In this document: one piece after another, positions 51,101 through 63,679 of the stretch
Layout of the letters: each line of letters begins with the position of its first letter
How positions within the stretch are numbered: position 1 is the stretch's first letter
Assembly: GCA_965240325.2 (NCBI GenBank)
Contig: OZ251228.1
Coordinates: 124,001 to 188,000, forward strand
Reading direction: 5' to 3'
Length of the DNA: 64,000 nucleotides
Source of the DNA: Rebecca billardiae RCC1528
Taxonomy: Eukaryota; Protista; Haptophyta
Program-made: the position numbers and the translations under genes
Notes under the pieces: generated by a model
Databases searched by the model: none
The model's input: the letters and a program-made list of their open reading frames with translations, nothing else
What the model was told of the DNA's origin: nothing

Positions 51101-51953
51101 GCGCGCGCACCTTCTCACGCATCAGCACGATCTCGCCGTCCTTGCCCAGCTGCAGGTACGAGAAGCGCCCGCGCGCCTTGTGCTTCTCGCGAGCGGCCGC
51201 GTGCGCCGCCGAGTCGAGCGAGACGGCTGACGTGTCGGCGCCCGTGCCGCCCGGCGGCCGGTGCTCGGAGGCGTCGGCGAAGGAGCAGTAGAACGAGGCG
51301 CCCGTGTTCTCGGGCAGCTCGCGCAGCGCGCCGAGCACGTCGAAGCCGTACACCACCGTGTGGCAGTCGATGCACAGCGTGCGGCGCGAGCGGAGGTCAA
51401 GAGGCATCTGCCTCAGCATCGCGACCACCGTCTCCACCCAGCCGCACGTCTCGACGGTGAGGCGCACGACGTGCACGCGGAGCGAGGGGAAGGCGCGCTG
51501 CACGCGCCGCTGCACGCCGTGCGCCACCTCGATCTCGTCCGAGATCGCCAGCCACACCGCGTCGGCCGGCTGCAGCCGCAGCGCGTCAATCACCCAGTGC
51601 AAGACCGGGCGGCCCACGATGTTGATCAGCGGCTTGGGGAAGCGGTAGCCAGCGGCGGGGAACGGGCCGGAGCGCAGGCCGGACATGGGGATGCACACGT
51701 TCACCGGCTTGCGCTGCGGCGCGAGCCCGAGCCCCATCTCGTAGTCGGAGAAGAAGTGAGAGGTGTCGCGCACCGCGGGCGAGCGCTCGCCCACGCCGTA
51801 CGGGTGCACCGCGCCGAGGTTGAGGTGCGGCGGCGCGGAGGACGCGCCGCTGCCGACGGCGAGCTTCAGGTCGGCGAGCTCGCGCTGCAGCCGCGAGATC
51901 GTCTCCTTCGCGTCGGCGAGCTCGCGCTCGCGCTCGTCCGCCGCGGGTGCCAT
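48199..51953 (-). CDS. Tri-domain fusion: sugar nucleotidyltransferase-like + HAD phosphatase (capsule-biosynthesis-phosphatase type) + APH/choline-kinase-like domain
   Basis: NVCIPMSG..SGPF..AGYRFPKPLINIVGRP; RFCIDIDSTL and IPYDEIHFGKPAADFYID; IHGDPVFSN...LIDMRG...GDCHYDLSKVYQSLCGYD. GT-AG introns 50940-51110, 50146-50319, 49670-49925, 49453-49578, 49007-49243, 48685-48814, 48350-48496. Confidence 0.82.
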
Positions 51954-52730
51954 GGTGACGCCGAGCCGGCCGGCGATGGCGGCCGCCTGCAGTGCGCGCG
52001 AGCATGATGGGCGGTGATACAGCGAAGTCCGGCGGCGCAGCGCCAAAACGATCATCAAACAATCCGAACGGGCACAGCGGCTGTTTGACGGTTGTCGGCT
52101 CTGGCCGCTCGGCTGGCCATGGCCATAAGCACCTGCCGCTTTTTGGCCCCTGTTGGAGCCTAAGTTTGGCGGCTTGGCGAGCGGCGGCGGGGGGCGGGCG
52201 CGCGCCACGAGCGGGTTGGAGGCGTCGCCGGGGTCGAGTAGCCCCGCCCCCCGCCCCGCGCTAGCCCCGCGCGCACTCCCCTCGCGCGTGAGCGTCGCCG
52301 GCGCGAGGGCGGTGTGCACCTTGTGGCGAGCCGACCGAAGGGACGACCAGTCGCCATCTCCAAACAACTACCAGTTCAGACGCGTGCGCTTTTTTAATCC
52401 GGCCTTTTTTCTCGAGCGGGAGACTCGCGTCCGCGAACGGCTGCCGGGTTGCCAGCGCAGCGCAGCGGCACGACTGGTCGTCCCTTCGCTCGGTCCGCTG
52501 GGGAGAAAAGCAAAGCGGCAGGTGCTTATGGGCGCTGCCCCGCCACAACTTGAACTCGGCCATCGGGCCCCAGCACCTCGCTGGAGCGTCGTGTCGCAAT
52601 TCTGAGTCACGCTATCACTGAATCACTTGATCGACAAGCTCCGTGCACGTCAGCGGCCGGAGTGAGACGCAGAGCCTGCCGCACAAGCTATCAGTGGACG
52701 CGCGCGCGGTGCCAGTCACGCCGGTCAGAC

Positions 52731-55101
52731 TCAGGAGCGGCGCATCTCCTCGCGGATCTGCTCGAGGCTCTTGCCGCGCGTCTCGGGCATGTACACGAGG
52801 AAGAGCAGCAGGCCGACGCACAGCACGCCGCCGAACGGCAGGAAGGAGTACCCGCCCAGCGCGTTCGACAGCGGGAGGAACACCTGCCCAGCCGCAAAGT
52901 TCGCCAGCCAGTTGACCGAGGCCGCAAAGCCAGACGCGTTGGCGCGCTCCGTCATGCCGAACACCTCCGCTGGCAGCAGCCACGGGATCGGGCCCAGGCC
53001 TGCGCCGCGCGGCGGCGGCGCGGGGCGCGCGGGGTGAGCGCGCACGCAGGCGCCCGCGCGGGCCTTCTCCCCCGCCGCCGCGCGCGGCGCGGCGCACCGA
53101 TGCCGAAGGAGGAGACGAAGAGGACGATGGAGAGGACTGCGAGCGGCGCCGTCCAAGGGTGGCCGGGCATCACGAGCGCGCACGTGAGCAGCCCGGTCGA
53201 GGCGATCATGGCGGCCATCGAGCCGAGCACGAGCACGCGCCTGCCCGCGCGGTCCATCAGGTACACGGAGAGCGCGGTGATGAACACGTTGCCCACGTTC
53301 ATCGACACGGCGATCCACATGATGGTCACTGCGCGCGGCGGGCGCGGCGGGCGCGGCGGCGGCAGTGCGATCGCGGCGCGGCGCGCTCAGCCGTGCGCGC
53401 GCTCGGGGCGAGGCGTGCGCGCCGCGCGGTGCACGCGCGCGCGCGGTGCGCGTGCCGTCGTCAATGTTGTTCTGCGAGAGGAAGGTGGAGGAGAAGTTGA
53501 ACGCGTTGTTGATCCCGCTCCACTGCTGCACGAACATCAGCCCGACCGCGATCGAGATCGGGAGCTGCAGCCCAGGATCGGCCAGCATGGAGCAGAGCGC
53601 GCGAGAGCGACCGCCTGCGTCCGCCGCCGCCGCCGCCGCGGCGTTCTCCGCGCGCGAGGCGCGCACGTAGTCGTCCGAGCCGTTGATCGGGATGGTCGCG
53701 GGGTCGGCGGCGGGCTGCGTCGCCGCGCATGCCTCGACCATGCAGAACAGCTCCTCCTGCAGCTGCGCGTCGTCGATGGGCGTGTCTCTCAGCTGCATGA
53801 GCACGTCCTCTGCCGGCACCTCCAGCCCCGCCATCACGTACCAGCGGGGGGACTCGAGGAGCCACGCCTGGAGCAGGAGCTGCACGCACGCGGGCACGCA
53901 GACGAGCGCGAGGAGGAACGGCCAGAGCTCCGCCGTGCCGAGGAACTGCCCCAGCCCGAGCACCTGCGCCACGAGCATGGCCAGCACCATCGTGAGCTGG
54001 AACGCCGTGCCCAGCGTGCCGCGCAGCTGCGGCGGCGAGATCTCGCCGAGATACATGGGCACGACGACGGTGGCGCCGCCGCACGCGACGCCCGAGACGC
54101 AGCGGCCGGCGACGAGCAGCAGCACGCGCGTCAGGCAGATGCACGGGCCCGGCGGCGCCACGGCCACGACCGCGGGTGACGCGCCTGTGCCCCACACCGT
54201 CGGCCCGCTCAGCGCGGCGCTGCGCGCGGACATGCAGCCGCACGACGGGAAGAAGGAGCCCGCCTCCATCAGGCCGCCGATGGCGAAGAGCAGGTTGTTC
54301 AGCAGCAAGAAGTGCTTCCGCCCCCACCGGTCGGCCAGCTGCCCCGACACGTTGCACCCCACGAGGGCCCCCAGGCAGAAGACTGACACACAGAAGCCCC
54401 AGATCGAGTCGTTGGTCGGCAACGCCGTGCCGTCGAGCGCGTGAGTCGGGAGCGAGAGCGCGTCGCGCATCACGCCGGCCTGCGTGTTCATGTTGCCGTT
54501 GTTGTACCTGCGCGCGCGCCGGCGGTGCGGCCGGGCCCGCGTCCGCCGCCGCGCATGTCAGCGGCGCGGCGGGCAGCGCGCGCGCGGCCGAGCGAGCACG
54601 CACGCGCGCGCCGAGCGCGCATCGGGCGCACCCGAATTGGAAGGCGGAGAGCAGCGCGGCGAAGGTCGCCTTGAGCAGCGCGGGCGTGAAGCTCGGCATG
54701 AGCGTCACGTCCGTCTGCTGCAGGAAGGCCGACTCCAGTGTGCTCCCGACGGACACCTGCGATGCGTAGCTCACGCGCGAGTTGATGCCAGGCAGTGCCA
54801 GGTACGGCACGTCGGCGAAGGACGAGCGCCGGGTGAACATGCCGAGCGAGCTCATGTCCGCGAGGTCCTGCTCGCTCCGCACCGGTCGTATCACCGGCTC
54901 GGGATTCAAGCTGTCCATGTACGTGGGCGTCTGCGCGCGTGCGCGCGCGCGCGCGCAGCCGCGAGCGCACGTGAGGCAGCTGCCGCGCGCGTGCAGGCGG
55001 CTCGGCGCACGGGGCAAGCCGCCGCGATGCGCGAGCAGTTTGAGGCGCGCGCATACGCGGCTCACCGAGTAGTTCTTTCGGATATTCGACGATGACGTCA
55101 T
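52731..55101 (-). CDS. MFS sugar porter (GLUT/SLC2A-like hexose transporter)
   Basis: AFQFGYNNG, ADRWGRK, VPMYLGEISPPQLRG, ESPRW, QQWSGIN, DRAGRR, GLGPIPWLLPAE, PETRGKSLEQI. Introns 54931-55065, 54508-54631, ~53329-53455, 53000-53097. Confidence 0.92.
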
Positions 55102-55402
55102 GGCGGCAGCCCTGCGCGCAGCGCACGGACGAGCCGCGCGGTGCCGCGGCCCTGGCCCTTGAGCGTACTTCCGCGGGTAGATGCGGGACCGATCGCCCAC
55201 GATGGCAGTCGGGCCAATGGTACGAGAGCAGGACTCTCCACGCGGAAAAGTCCGGCAAGACGAGGCCACAGTCGCTCGTCGAAAAGCAGGGGAAGACTTG
55301 TTGGGAGACGTCGGCAAAAAGTCCGTTTCTGCGAGTAGGTGGTTACACGGCACGCTTCAGGGCTGGCTGAGGCGCCCGTGTGGAAACCAACATCAAGAGC
55401 CA

Positions 55403-58400
55403 ATGGCCGTCGCAGGGGCGACCAGGCAGCTCCCGCCGGGCGACGGCGGGAGCGGCGGCGGCCTCGGCGGCGAGGGCGAGGACGACGCGTACGAAGACCC
55501 TCCGTTCGACGATTCGGAGCCCTTCGAGCACGACTCAGTGTACGAGGACGACAGCGTGGCGGCGGAGGAGATCTACAACCGCGACAGGAGCAGCGAGTAC
55601 GTCCTTGGGGACACGAGCACCTCGCTCGACAACAACGAGGTGGCCGCGGCGGCCAGAGCAGCGGTGCAGGCCATGCGGGATGCGGAGGCCGCGGAGGCCC
55701 AGGAGCGCGCGGAGCCCGACGAAGCCGCGGGCACGGCCGTCGAGTTCGACGCCGCTGGGTACGACGATGTGGGCGACGCCATCGACGATATCCCTGCCGA
55801 GCCGCACGCGGCCGGCGGCGGCGCGGCCGAGGCCGGCTTCGACGACGACGAGGAGGAGGATGCGGCGACGGAGGGGGGCAGCGACACGAACGTTGTCGTG
55901 CGCGCCTTCTCCCAGCTCATCGAGCAGCTCGTCCTCGCCGACGTCGAGGACCGGTCCGCGTACGCGACCGAGATCGCCAACATGCTCACGCGCCTGCCCG
56001 CGTCCGAGGAGGGGAACCTCGTGCTGGCGAGCTCGCGGTCGCGCGCGGTGTACTACCTGGACGCGTGCGCGCGGAACGCGCCCGAGGACACCACGCTGCA
56101 GATGACCGTGCTCTGCATCCTCGTCAACCTCGCAGACATGGGTGCGCACGACCAGATCCTCGGCGAGGGCGGGCTGCAGCTGATGATGGGCGCGATCGAG
56201 CACCCGGACTCGCACTGCCAGTCGTTCGCGCTCGCGGGGCTGATGAACATGAGCGCGACGGGGACGATGCTCGTGATGAACGCGCTCACCGACGGCGGCG
56301 CGGAGGAGGTCCTCATGCGGCTGATGGACTCGCCCAACGAGCAGGTGCGGCACTACGCAGGCTCGACGCTGCACAACGTGCGCTACTACCGCGTGCAGCA
56401 CGCGAGGTACGAGAGCCGCAGGGGCAGCGCGATCCCGGCGGCGGAGCGCAGGGGCAGCGCGGTCTCGGCGGCGAGGACGTCGGGGGGAGGCCCCGGGCCG
56501 GACGTGCTCGCAGAGCTCGCGCGCGCCGACGCCGCACGCGCGGACGCCGACGCCGCGCTGGCCGCCGGTCCGGCCGCGGCCGAGCCTGGCGCGGACGCGG
56601 ACGAGGACGCGGACGAGGACGCAGACGACTCGGACGACGACCCGATCAAGCAGAAGATCCAGATGCTCGTCGCCGAGCGCGCGGCGAAGGAGGCGGTGCA
56701 CGAGTGGGCGGCGCTCACCATCCACCGGCACGCGCTCGGCATGCTCGCTCGCCTCTACTTCAACGAGATCCGGTTCGTCAACGCCGCGTCCGAGCTGGCC
56801 GAGCAGCGCCGCTCATTTCGACGATTCGCGCGCGCGCCGCCGCGCACGGGCTCGGGCTCGCTCGGCGCGGAGAGCGCCGCGCCGGCCGGGGCGGAGGCGG
56901 ATCCGACGCCCGTCGGCGCGACCGCCTTGGAGGAGGGCAGCAGCTCGGCCGACGCGAGCGACGAGGCATCCGCCTCCGCGCCCGCGCCAGAGCTTCAGCT
57001 GGTTGTGCCGCCCGTCGCCGTCCGAGCAGATCCGTCGCCGGACGACGATGACGACCGGCGCAACACGACCGACCCTCGCGCGCTCATGGAGTTCCTCGCG
57101 GGCGGCGTGCGCCCGGGCAGCATGCAGCGGATCCCGGAGAGCGCGCTGCCCTCGCCGCTGCCCGCAGACGAGCCGCACACGCTGCCCGCCGGCGCGCCGG
57201 CGGCTGACGGCGGCGCGCGCCATCCCGATGCGGCCAGCGACAGCGCGCACTCGGCGGAGGGCGCCGTCGGCCTGGCCGAGGCCGGCGCCAGCGCCTCGTT
57301 CCTCTCCCTCGGCGAGTTCCAGTACGCCTCCGCCACGGCCACCGAGGTCTCACACGCGAAGGCTGGCTTGCCCGACGAGAGGCCGAGGCCGCCGCCGCGC
57401 CGAGCGAGCTTGGCGGCGGATGGCACGGACGCGGCCGAGCGAGGAGGCGCGGGCGAGGGCGAGGGCGAGAGCGAGAGGCAGGGCGAGCGGGCGCAGGGCG
57501 GGAAGGGCGGCCTCGGCACGAGGGGTGGGCGGCGGCGCTCGTTTGGCGGCATCCTGCCCCGCCAGACCGAGTGGTTTGTGACCAGCTGCGCGCAGTGCGC
57601 GGGCGCGGTGCACTTCGATCCGGTGCGCGGCGGCAAGACGCTGGTGTGCCCGAGCTGCATGCACGTCTTCGAGGCGAAGCACGTGCACAGGCAGGCCGAG
57701 GTCGTCGCGGCGATCCGCATCCAGTCACACTCGCGCGGCCGGGCGGCGCGGCTCGCGCAGCTGCGGGGATTGGCGCCGGCCGCTGACGGCGCCGCAGACA
57801 CAGAAGCTGAGGCCGTGGCGGCGGCGGTGCGCATCCAGGCGCACGCACGCGGCCGCTCAGTTCGGCGGGCGCGAGTGGCCCTGCCGGGTGCCCCGGCGGG
57901 CGGCGGTGCGCCGTCCGATGTCGCGGCCGAGACGGAGGCAGCAGCCGTTCGGATCCAGGCGCGAGCGCGCGGCCGCGCGGCGCGGCGCGCGCGGCCGCAG
58001 GCTGCGCTGGCAGCGGTGCCGGCGATGGGCGAGACGGCAGACGCCGCGGCCGCGCCCGCCGCGTCGACTCCGCCACGCCGGCTGCGGCGCTCGTTCGGCG
58101 GCATCCTGCCCCGCCAGACCGAGTGGTTTGTGACCAGCTGCGCGCAGTGCGCGGGCGCGGTGCACTTCGATCCGGTGCGCGGCGGCAAGACGCTGGTGTG
58201 CCCGAGCTGCATGCACGTCTTCGAGGCGAAGCACGTGCACAGGCAGGCTGAGGTGGTCGCGGCGATCCGCATCCAGGCGCACTCGCGCGGCCGGCTGTCG
58301 CGGCTCGCGCAGCTGCGGGCATCTGCGGCGCCAGCAGCGGCAGGCGCGGCGGCCTCAGCTGCGCGGGCGCTGGCCCAGCCGCCTGTCGTGGTCGTGCCGT

Positions 58401-61400
58401 CGGCTGCGGCGCCAGCGACGGCGTCGGCCCCCGCCATCGGCAGCAGCACGCCAGACGCTGCCGCCCCGCCCGCCGCGTCGACTCCGCCACGCCGGCTGCG
58501 GCGCTCGTTCGGCGGCATCCTGCCCCGCCAGACCGAGTGGTTTGTGACCAGCTGCGCGCAGTGCGCGGGCGCGGTGCACTTTGATCCGGTGCGCGGCGGC
58601 AAGACGCTGGTGTGCCCGAGCTGCATGCACGTCTTCGAGGCGAAGCACGTGCACAGGCAGGCTGAGGTGGTCGCGGCGATCCGCATCCAGGCGCACTCGC
58701 GCGGCCGGCTGTCGCGGCTCGCGCAGCTGCGAAGATCGGCGGCGCCAGCAGCTGCGGCGCCCGCTCCGGCCGCTGAGAGCGCGACGGAGGCCGAGGCGGA
58801 GAGGGCGGCGGCGGCGGCGCGCATCCAGGCGCACTCACGCGGCCGGGCGACTCGGCTCGCGCGGGCTCGCGCACGCCCGACACCCGCCGCTGACGCCGTC
58901 CGGCGCGCATCAGTCTGCTCGTACGACGAGCTCGCCGCCGAGGACGCGTGGAGCGCGGACGACGCGGAGGCGGACGAGCTGCTCAGAGATCTCGCAGGCC
59001 TCGGGGACGACGACGCGGGCGATGGGGACGAGGGCAGCGGGCACGCATCGCAGGAGGGGGCGGAGCTGCCACCGGTCGGCACGGCTTCGGCTGCAGCGCT
59101 GCCGGCCGTGGCAGCGGCGGGAGCAGCGGCGCCAGCACCGGCGGCCGCGGCGGCGATCGACAGCGCGGCGGACGTGGCAGCCGCACCCGCCGCGTCGACT
59201 CCGCCGCGCCGGCTGCGGCGCTCGTTCGGCGGCATCCTGCCCCGCCAGACCGAGTGGTTTGTGACCAGCTGCGCGCAGTGCACGGGCGCGGTGCACTTCG
59301 ATCCGGTGCGCGGCGGCAAGACGCTGGTGTGCCCGAGCTGCATGCACGTCTTCGAGGCGAAGCACGTGCATAGGCAGGCCGAGGTCGTCGCAGCTATCCG
59401 CATCCAATCACACTCGCGCGGCCGGGCGGCGCGGCTCGCGCAGCTGCGGGCATCGATGGCGCCGCCGGCGACGGCCCCGCCGGCCGACGCGGCAGCGACG
59501 TCCGCGGCGCCAACGGCAGAGGCGCAAGACAGCAGCACGCCAGATGTCGCGGCCGCGCCCGCCGCATCGACTCCGCCGCGCCGGCTGCGGCGCTCGTTCG
59601 GCGGCATCCTGCCCCGCCAGACCGAGTGGTTTGTGACCAGCTGCGCGCAGTGCGCGGGCGCGGTGCACTTCGATCCGGTGCGCGGCGGCAAGACGCTGGT
59701 GTGCCCGAGCTGCATGCACGTCTTCGAGGCGAAGCACGTGCACAGGCAGGCTGAGGTCGTCGCGGCTATCCGCATCCAATCACACTCGCGCGGCCGGCTG
59801 TCGCGGCTCGCGCAGCTGCGGGCATCGGCGCTGGGCGCGCCAGAGGCGGCCGCGCCGGCCGCTGACGGCGCCGTCGACGCAGAGGCTGAGGCCGTGGCGG
59901 CGGCGGTGCGCATCCAGGCGCACGCACGCGGCCGCTCAGTTCGGCGGGCGCGAGTGGCCCTGCCAGGAGCCCCGGCGGGCGGCGGTGCGCCGTCCGATGT
60001 CGCGGCCGAGACGGAGGCAGCAGCCGTTCGGATCCAGGCGCGAGCGCGCGGCCGCGCGGCGCGGCGCGCGCGCGCTGCCGAGGACTCGGCGTCGGCCCCG
60101 GCCGGAGATTTCAATCTCGAGATGGAGGCAGCGGCGGTGCGCATCCAGTCGCACTCGCGCGGCCGGTCGGCGAGGCTGGCGCATGGCCGCCGCCGCCCGC
60201 CGCCGCCCGCCACGCCCGCCGACCCGACCGCGCCGCAGCCCGGCGGCACCCCTGCCGGCGGCGGCACCCGCCGCGCGTCCGCCTGCTCGTGGGAGGACGA
60301 GTATGGGGACTCAGAGGCGTGGGGGCGGGACGATGCGGAGGCAGAGGCGCTGCTCAACGCACTCGCGGAGCTCGAGGCTGACGAGGTTGGCGGCGAGGGG
60401 GGCAGCGGGCGCGCGTCGTCCGCGGAGGCGGCATCGCCCGCCCTCAGCCCCAGACGGGACCTGCCCTTCGACCCGGCGCCGCCGCCAACGACCACGACGG
60501 CCGCAGCGCCAGCGGCCGCGTCATCGTCGTCGTCGTCAGCCCGGACTGATGAGGAGGCGGCGGCGGAGGCGGAGCCTGCGGACGCGGCGCCGCTGCGGGC
60601 CGCTCCGGCGGTCGACGCCCCGGCGGCTGTGGAGGCAGAGCGGCGCGCCGCCGCTCCCGCGCCAGCGACACCGCCCTCGCCATCCGAGCCCTCGTCGTTG
60701 CCGATGGCTGCGCCACTGCCCAAGCCCAGCGCTGCGGCGGAGGCCGCGCCCGAGGCCGCGCCCGCGCCTGCGCCCGCCGCCTCCGCGCCCGCGGCCGCGG
60801 AGGAGGCAGAGCTGGCCGCGCCGGCCGCACCCACGCCTGCCGCCGGCGCGGCGCTCGCCGACGAGCTGTCCCAGCGCTGGGCGAGCGCGGTCCGCGTGCA
60901 GCGCATCTGGCGCGGCTGGCACTCGCGCACGCGCGTGCGGCTGCCGCCACCGCAGGCGAGCTGGTCCCTGGCCGCGTGGAGCATCGACCCCGGAACGTAC
61001 CCGGAAACGTCTGTGCTGCTCTCGCGGTCGAGCCGCACGGCCGATGCGCCGGCGCCCGCCGGGTCTGCGCTCAAGGAAGCGCACACGCAGACGGTGCGGA
61101 GGCGGCCCGGCCGCGTGCGCCGCTCTCCCGACCGCCGCCGCGCGCAGCAGCCGCAGCCGCAGCAGCCGCAGCAGCAGCAGCGGCCGCGCCCGCCCTCGCC
61201 CGCGGCAAACCTCTATCTGCTGCCTCCGCATGACAGGCGGCGCGCCGTGCGCTCGCGGAGCCCGAGCCCTCCGCGCGGCCGCCGCGGGGCGCGGCCGCAG
61301 TCGGCCGGCGGTGCCGACCCCTTGAGCACGCCGCAGCCGGGCGCGAGCCTGCACGCCGCGCGCCCTCGCGGCGCTGCGCACGCGGCGCTCGGCCCAGTCC

Positions 61401-62636
61401 GCCCGCGCGCGCGGCGCGAGGCGTGGCAAGCGGCCGCGACGCCGGCGACGGTGGACTCGTCCGCCGTCACGGACGCGGACTCACGGCTGCCGCCCTCGTC
61501 CGCAGAGCCGAGCGCCGTGGCGCCGCCCGACCCAGCGGACGAGGTGCGCCGCCTCCTCGGCGTGCGCGAGGAGCTGCTCGCCGGCCTCGCCGCGACGTTT
61601 GACGGTTCGGACGGCGTCGGCCGGTGCGCGCGGTGGCGGCGCGCGGCACGCGCCTGCGACGCGGCCCACTCTGCGCGGGCGGCGGGTGCCGCGTGCGGAG
61701 CGCGCGCGCGCGCGACGCGGCGCTGACACAGCCCCGCCGCCGCGCTCGCGCTCTCCTCCGCTCCCCTCCGCGCGCAGCCCCTCCACCCGGCTCCTGGGTG
61801 TACACAGGCAGTACGTCGAGCTCGCGTATATCTCCCTGGCGCTGATCGAGGCGCTGCAGCGCTGGGCGGCGGCGATGGACGCGGCGCTGAGCGTGGAGCT
61901 GATGCACGAGCGCGGCGCGGCCGAGCCGGTGCCTCTGGAGGAGGAGCAGCGCATGCTGCCCTCCGACTTTGTGTGGCGGGGCTCGAGCTACCTCGAGCGC
62001 ATGGCGGCAGACACGTTCTTCCTGCAGCAGCGCGCGCGCTCGCTCTCGGCGCCGCACCACCTGTGCACCGCGCGGCTGTGCTCGGTGCGTGCGCCGCCGC
62101 ACGCCCGCCGCGCGCCACGCGCGGTGCCGCGCCCGCGCCGCGCCGCGCCGCGCGAGCCTCACGCCCCGCGCGCGCCCGCACGCCCCCCGCGCGCTCAGGC
62201 CCTCGAGCTCTCCCTGTACACGCTCGAGGCGCGCGGCCGGCCGCTGGCGCGCGGGCAGACCGCGGAGCTGCACGCGGAGGTCAGGCAGCAGACGGCGAGG
62301 ATGGCCGCCGGGCACGCGCTGCTCGAGACCACGCCGTTCAGGCGCGAGCGCGCGGACGCGCGGCGGCAGCAGCAGCAGCAGCGCGCGAGCCTGCCGGAGC
62401 TGGGCACCGAGGGCGGCAAGCCCGTCGGCACGCTGGCGGGTGGCGCCGCGGGCTCGGCGCACCGCCGCCCGGCGACGGCGGCGGGGCTGCGCGTGCACAA
62501 GGTGCTCGGCCAGGCGCGTCAGGGCGGGCGCGCGTGCATGCGCGTGCAGGTGGCCGACGGCTCGGAGCAGCTCGTGCCGGTCGAGTCGGTCGACCCCGTG
62601 CTCATGACGCGCTGGCGAGTCGCCGTTACGCGATGA
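55403..62636 (+). CDS. Giant protein: acidic N-terminus, ARM-like repeats, five zinc-ribbon+IQ modules, additional IQ motifs
   Basis: ARM-like 'LCILVNLADMGAHDQILGEGGLQLMM..', 'ALAGLMNMS..GAEEVLMRLMDSPNEQVRHYAGSTLHN'; CAQC-x16-CPSC repeats; many IQ(S/A)xxRGR. Probable introns 61624-61777 and 62085-62198. Confidence 0.78.
57533..59820 (+). repeat. Five dispersed near-identical ~230-bp coding repeats (zinc ribbon + IQ)
   Basis: Copies start at ~57533, 58085, 58499, 59216, 59588. A second duplicated IQ-pair block lies at ~57773-57990 and ~59852-60072. Confidence 0.92.
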
Positions 62637-62977
62637 TGTGCGGTGGCTGCGGAGTCGCCAGTCACGGCCGGTCCCGATCGCTAACACTCATCATCGCGCG
62701 TCGTATGACGCGGTGACTGCGCATATCGCGTAGTAGTATACGGTTGTCGTCGCGAGTCGTCACGGCACTGTGCTGATGTACCGCCAACGTGTTGCCGCAC
62801 GGCGCACGGTCGTCACGTGCGCGGCACGATTCCAGCGCTATGCGCGCAACTACGCGCGGCCGGTCAATGCGCACGATACGACGAATATACAGACGACGAC
62901 GCGACGACGACGATGTATCGTCGTACTACGTCGTATAATAATGACGCGACAATCATCGTGTGGGCTGCCATCCGTAC

Positions 62978-63610
62978 TCAGAATGATGATGACGCCGGTT
63001 CATGCTGAGTTTGTCCGCCACTGTCACTGCCACTGCCACTGGCAACGGGCGGCGGTGGCTGAAAGACGGACTCCAGCAGGCTTTGCATGCGTACCAGAAC
63101 GCGCTCATTCGCGCATCGGCATGTGTCAGCCGTGTACGGCGGGTCGATGCGCAAGCTGTTGAACACAAGAAGCGATGGTGCGCCTCCATCATCGTCGCAG
63201 TCAGCCGCACCGCGCAGCTCGACAAACTCGATGCCCCTCTTTGCAAGCAGCGCACACAGCGCGCGGAGGCGTTCTCGCAGGGGCTCCTCCGCTGGTGCCG
63301 TTGGCGACCGGGACGAACGGATTGGTGCCGGGGCGGGCCGTAGCTCACCGTCGTACGCGCGAAGAGAGTCAAAGTGCCGGCCGGGCTCGACTGCGGCAAT
63401 CGCATGCGCTATGAGAACTGTCGGCTGGACTCGAAGCGAATTGTGCTGCCCCGTGCCAAGAGCATCAGCCCCTGACAGGCGACAGAGGACGACGTTGCCC
63501 GTCTCCGGGTCCACGGCGAACACCACTCCCTCCGCCGTCTCACCATTGGTCAGCCTGATGCACGCATGCCGGCCCAGGAACGCCAGGGCCGCGCCTGGAT
63601 GGGCGGCCAT
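62978..63610 (-). CDS. Gemin6-like protein (Sm-like fold + AD domain)
   Basis: IRLTNGETAEGVVFAVDPETGNVVL, ..AHAI..V, LLAKRGI, LRIDPPYTADTCRCANERVLVRMQSLL match the Gemin6/LSm12 pattern. Confidence 0.7.
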   Translation of the reverse strand: MAAHPGAALAFLGRHACIRLTNGETAEGVVFAVDPETGNVVLCRLSGADALGTGQHNSLRVQPTVLIAHAIAAVEPGRHFDSLRAYDGELRPAPAPIRSSRSPTAPAEEPLRERLRALCALLAKRGIEFVELRGAADCDDDGGAPSLLVFNSLRIDPPYTADTCRCANERVLVRMQSLLESVFQPPPPVASGSGSDSGGQTQHEPASSSF

Positions 63611-63679
63611 CGTGGACTGCTGCCACGCTGCTCGCTCGGCACGCGGCGGACGGATCGTCGGAAGTCGGAACTCGGAACG

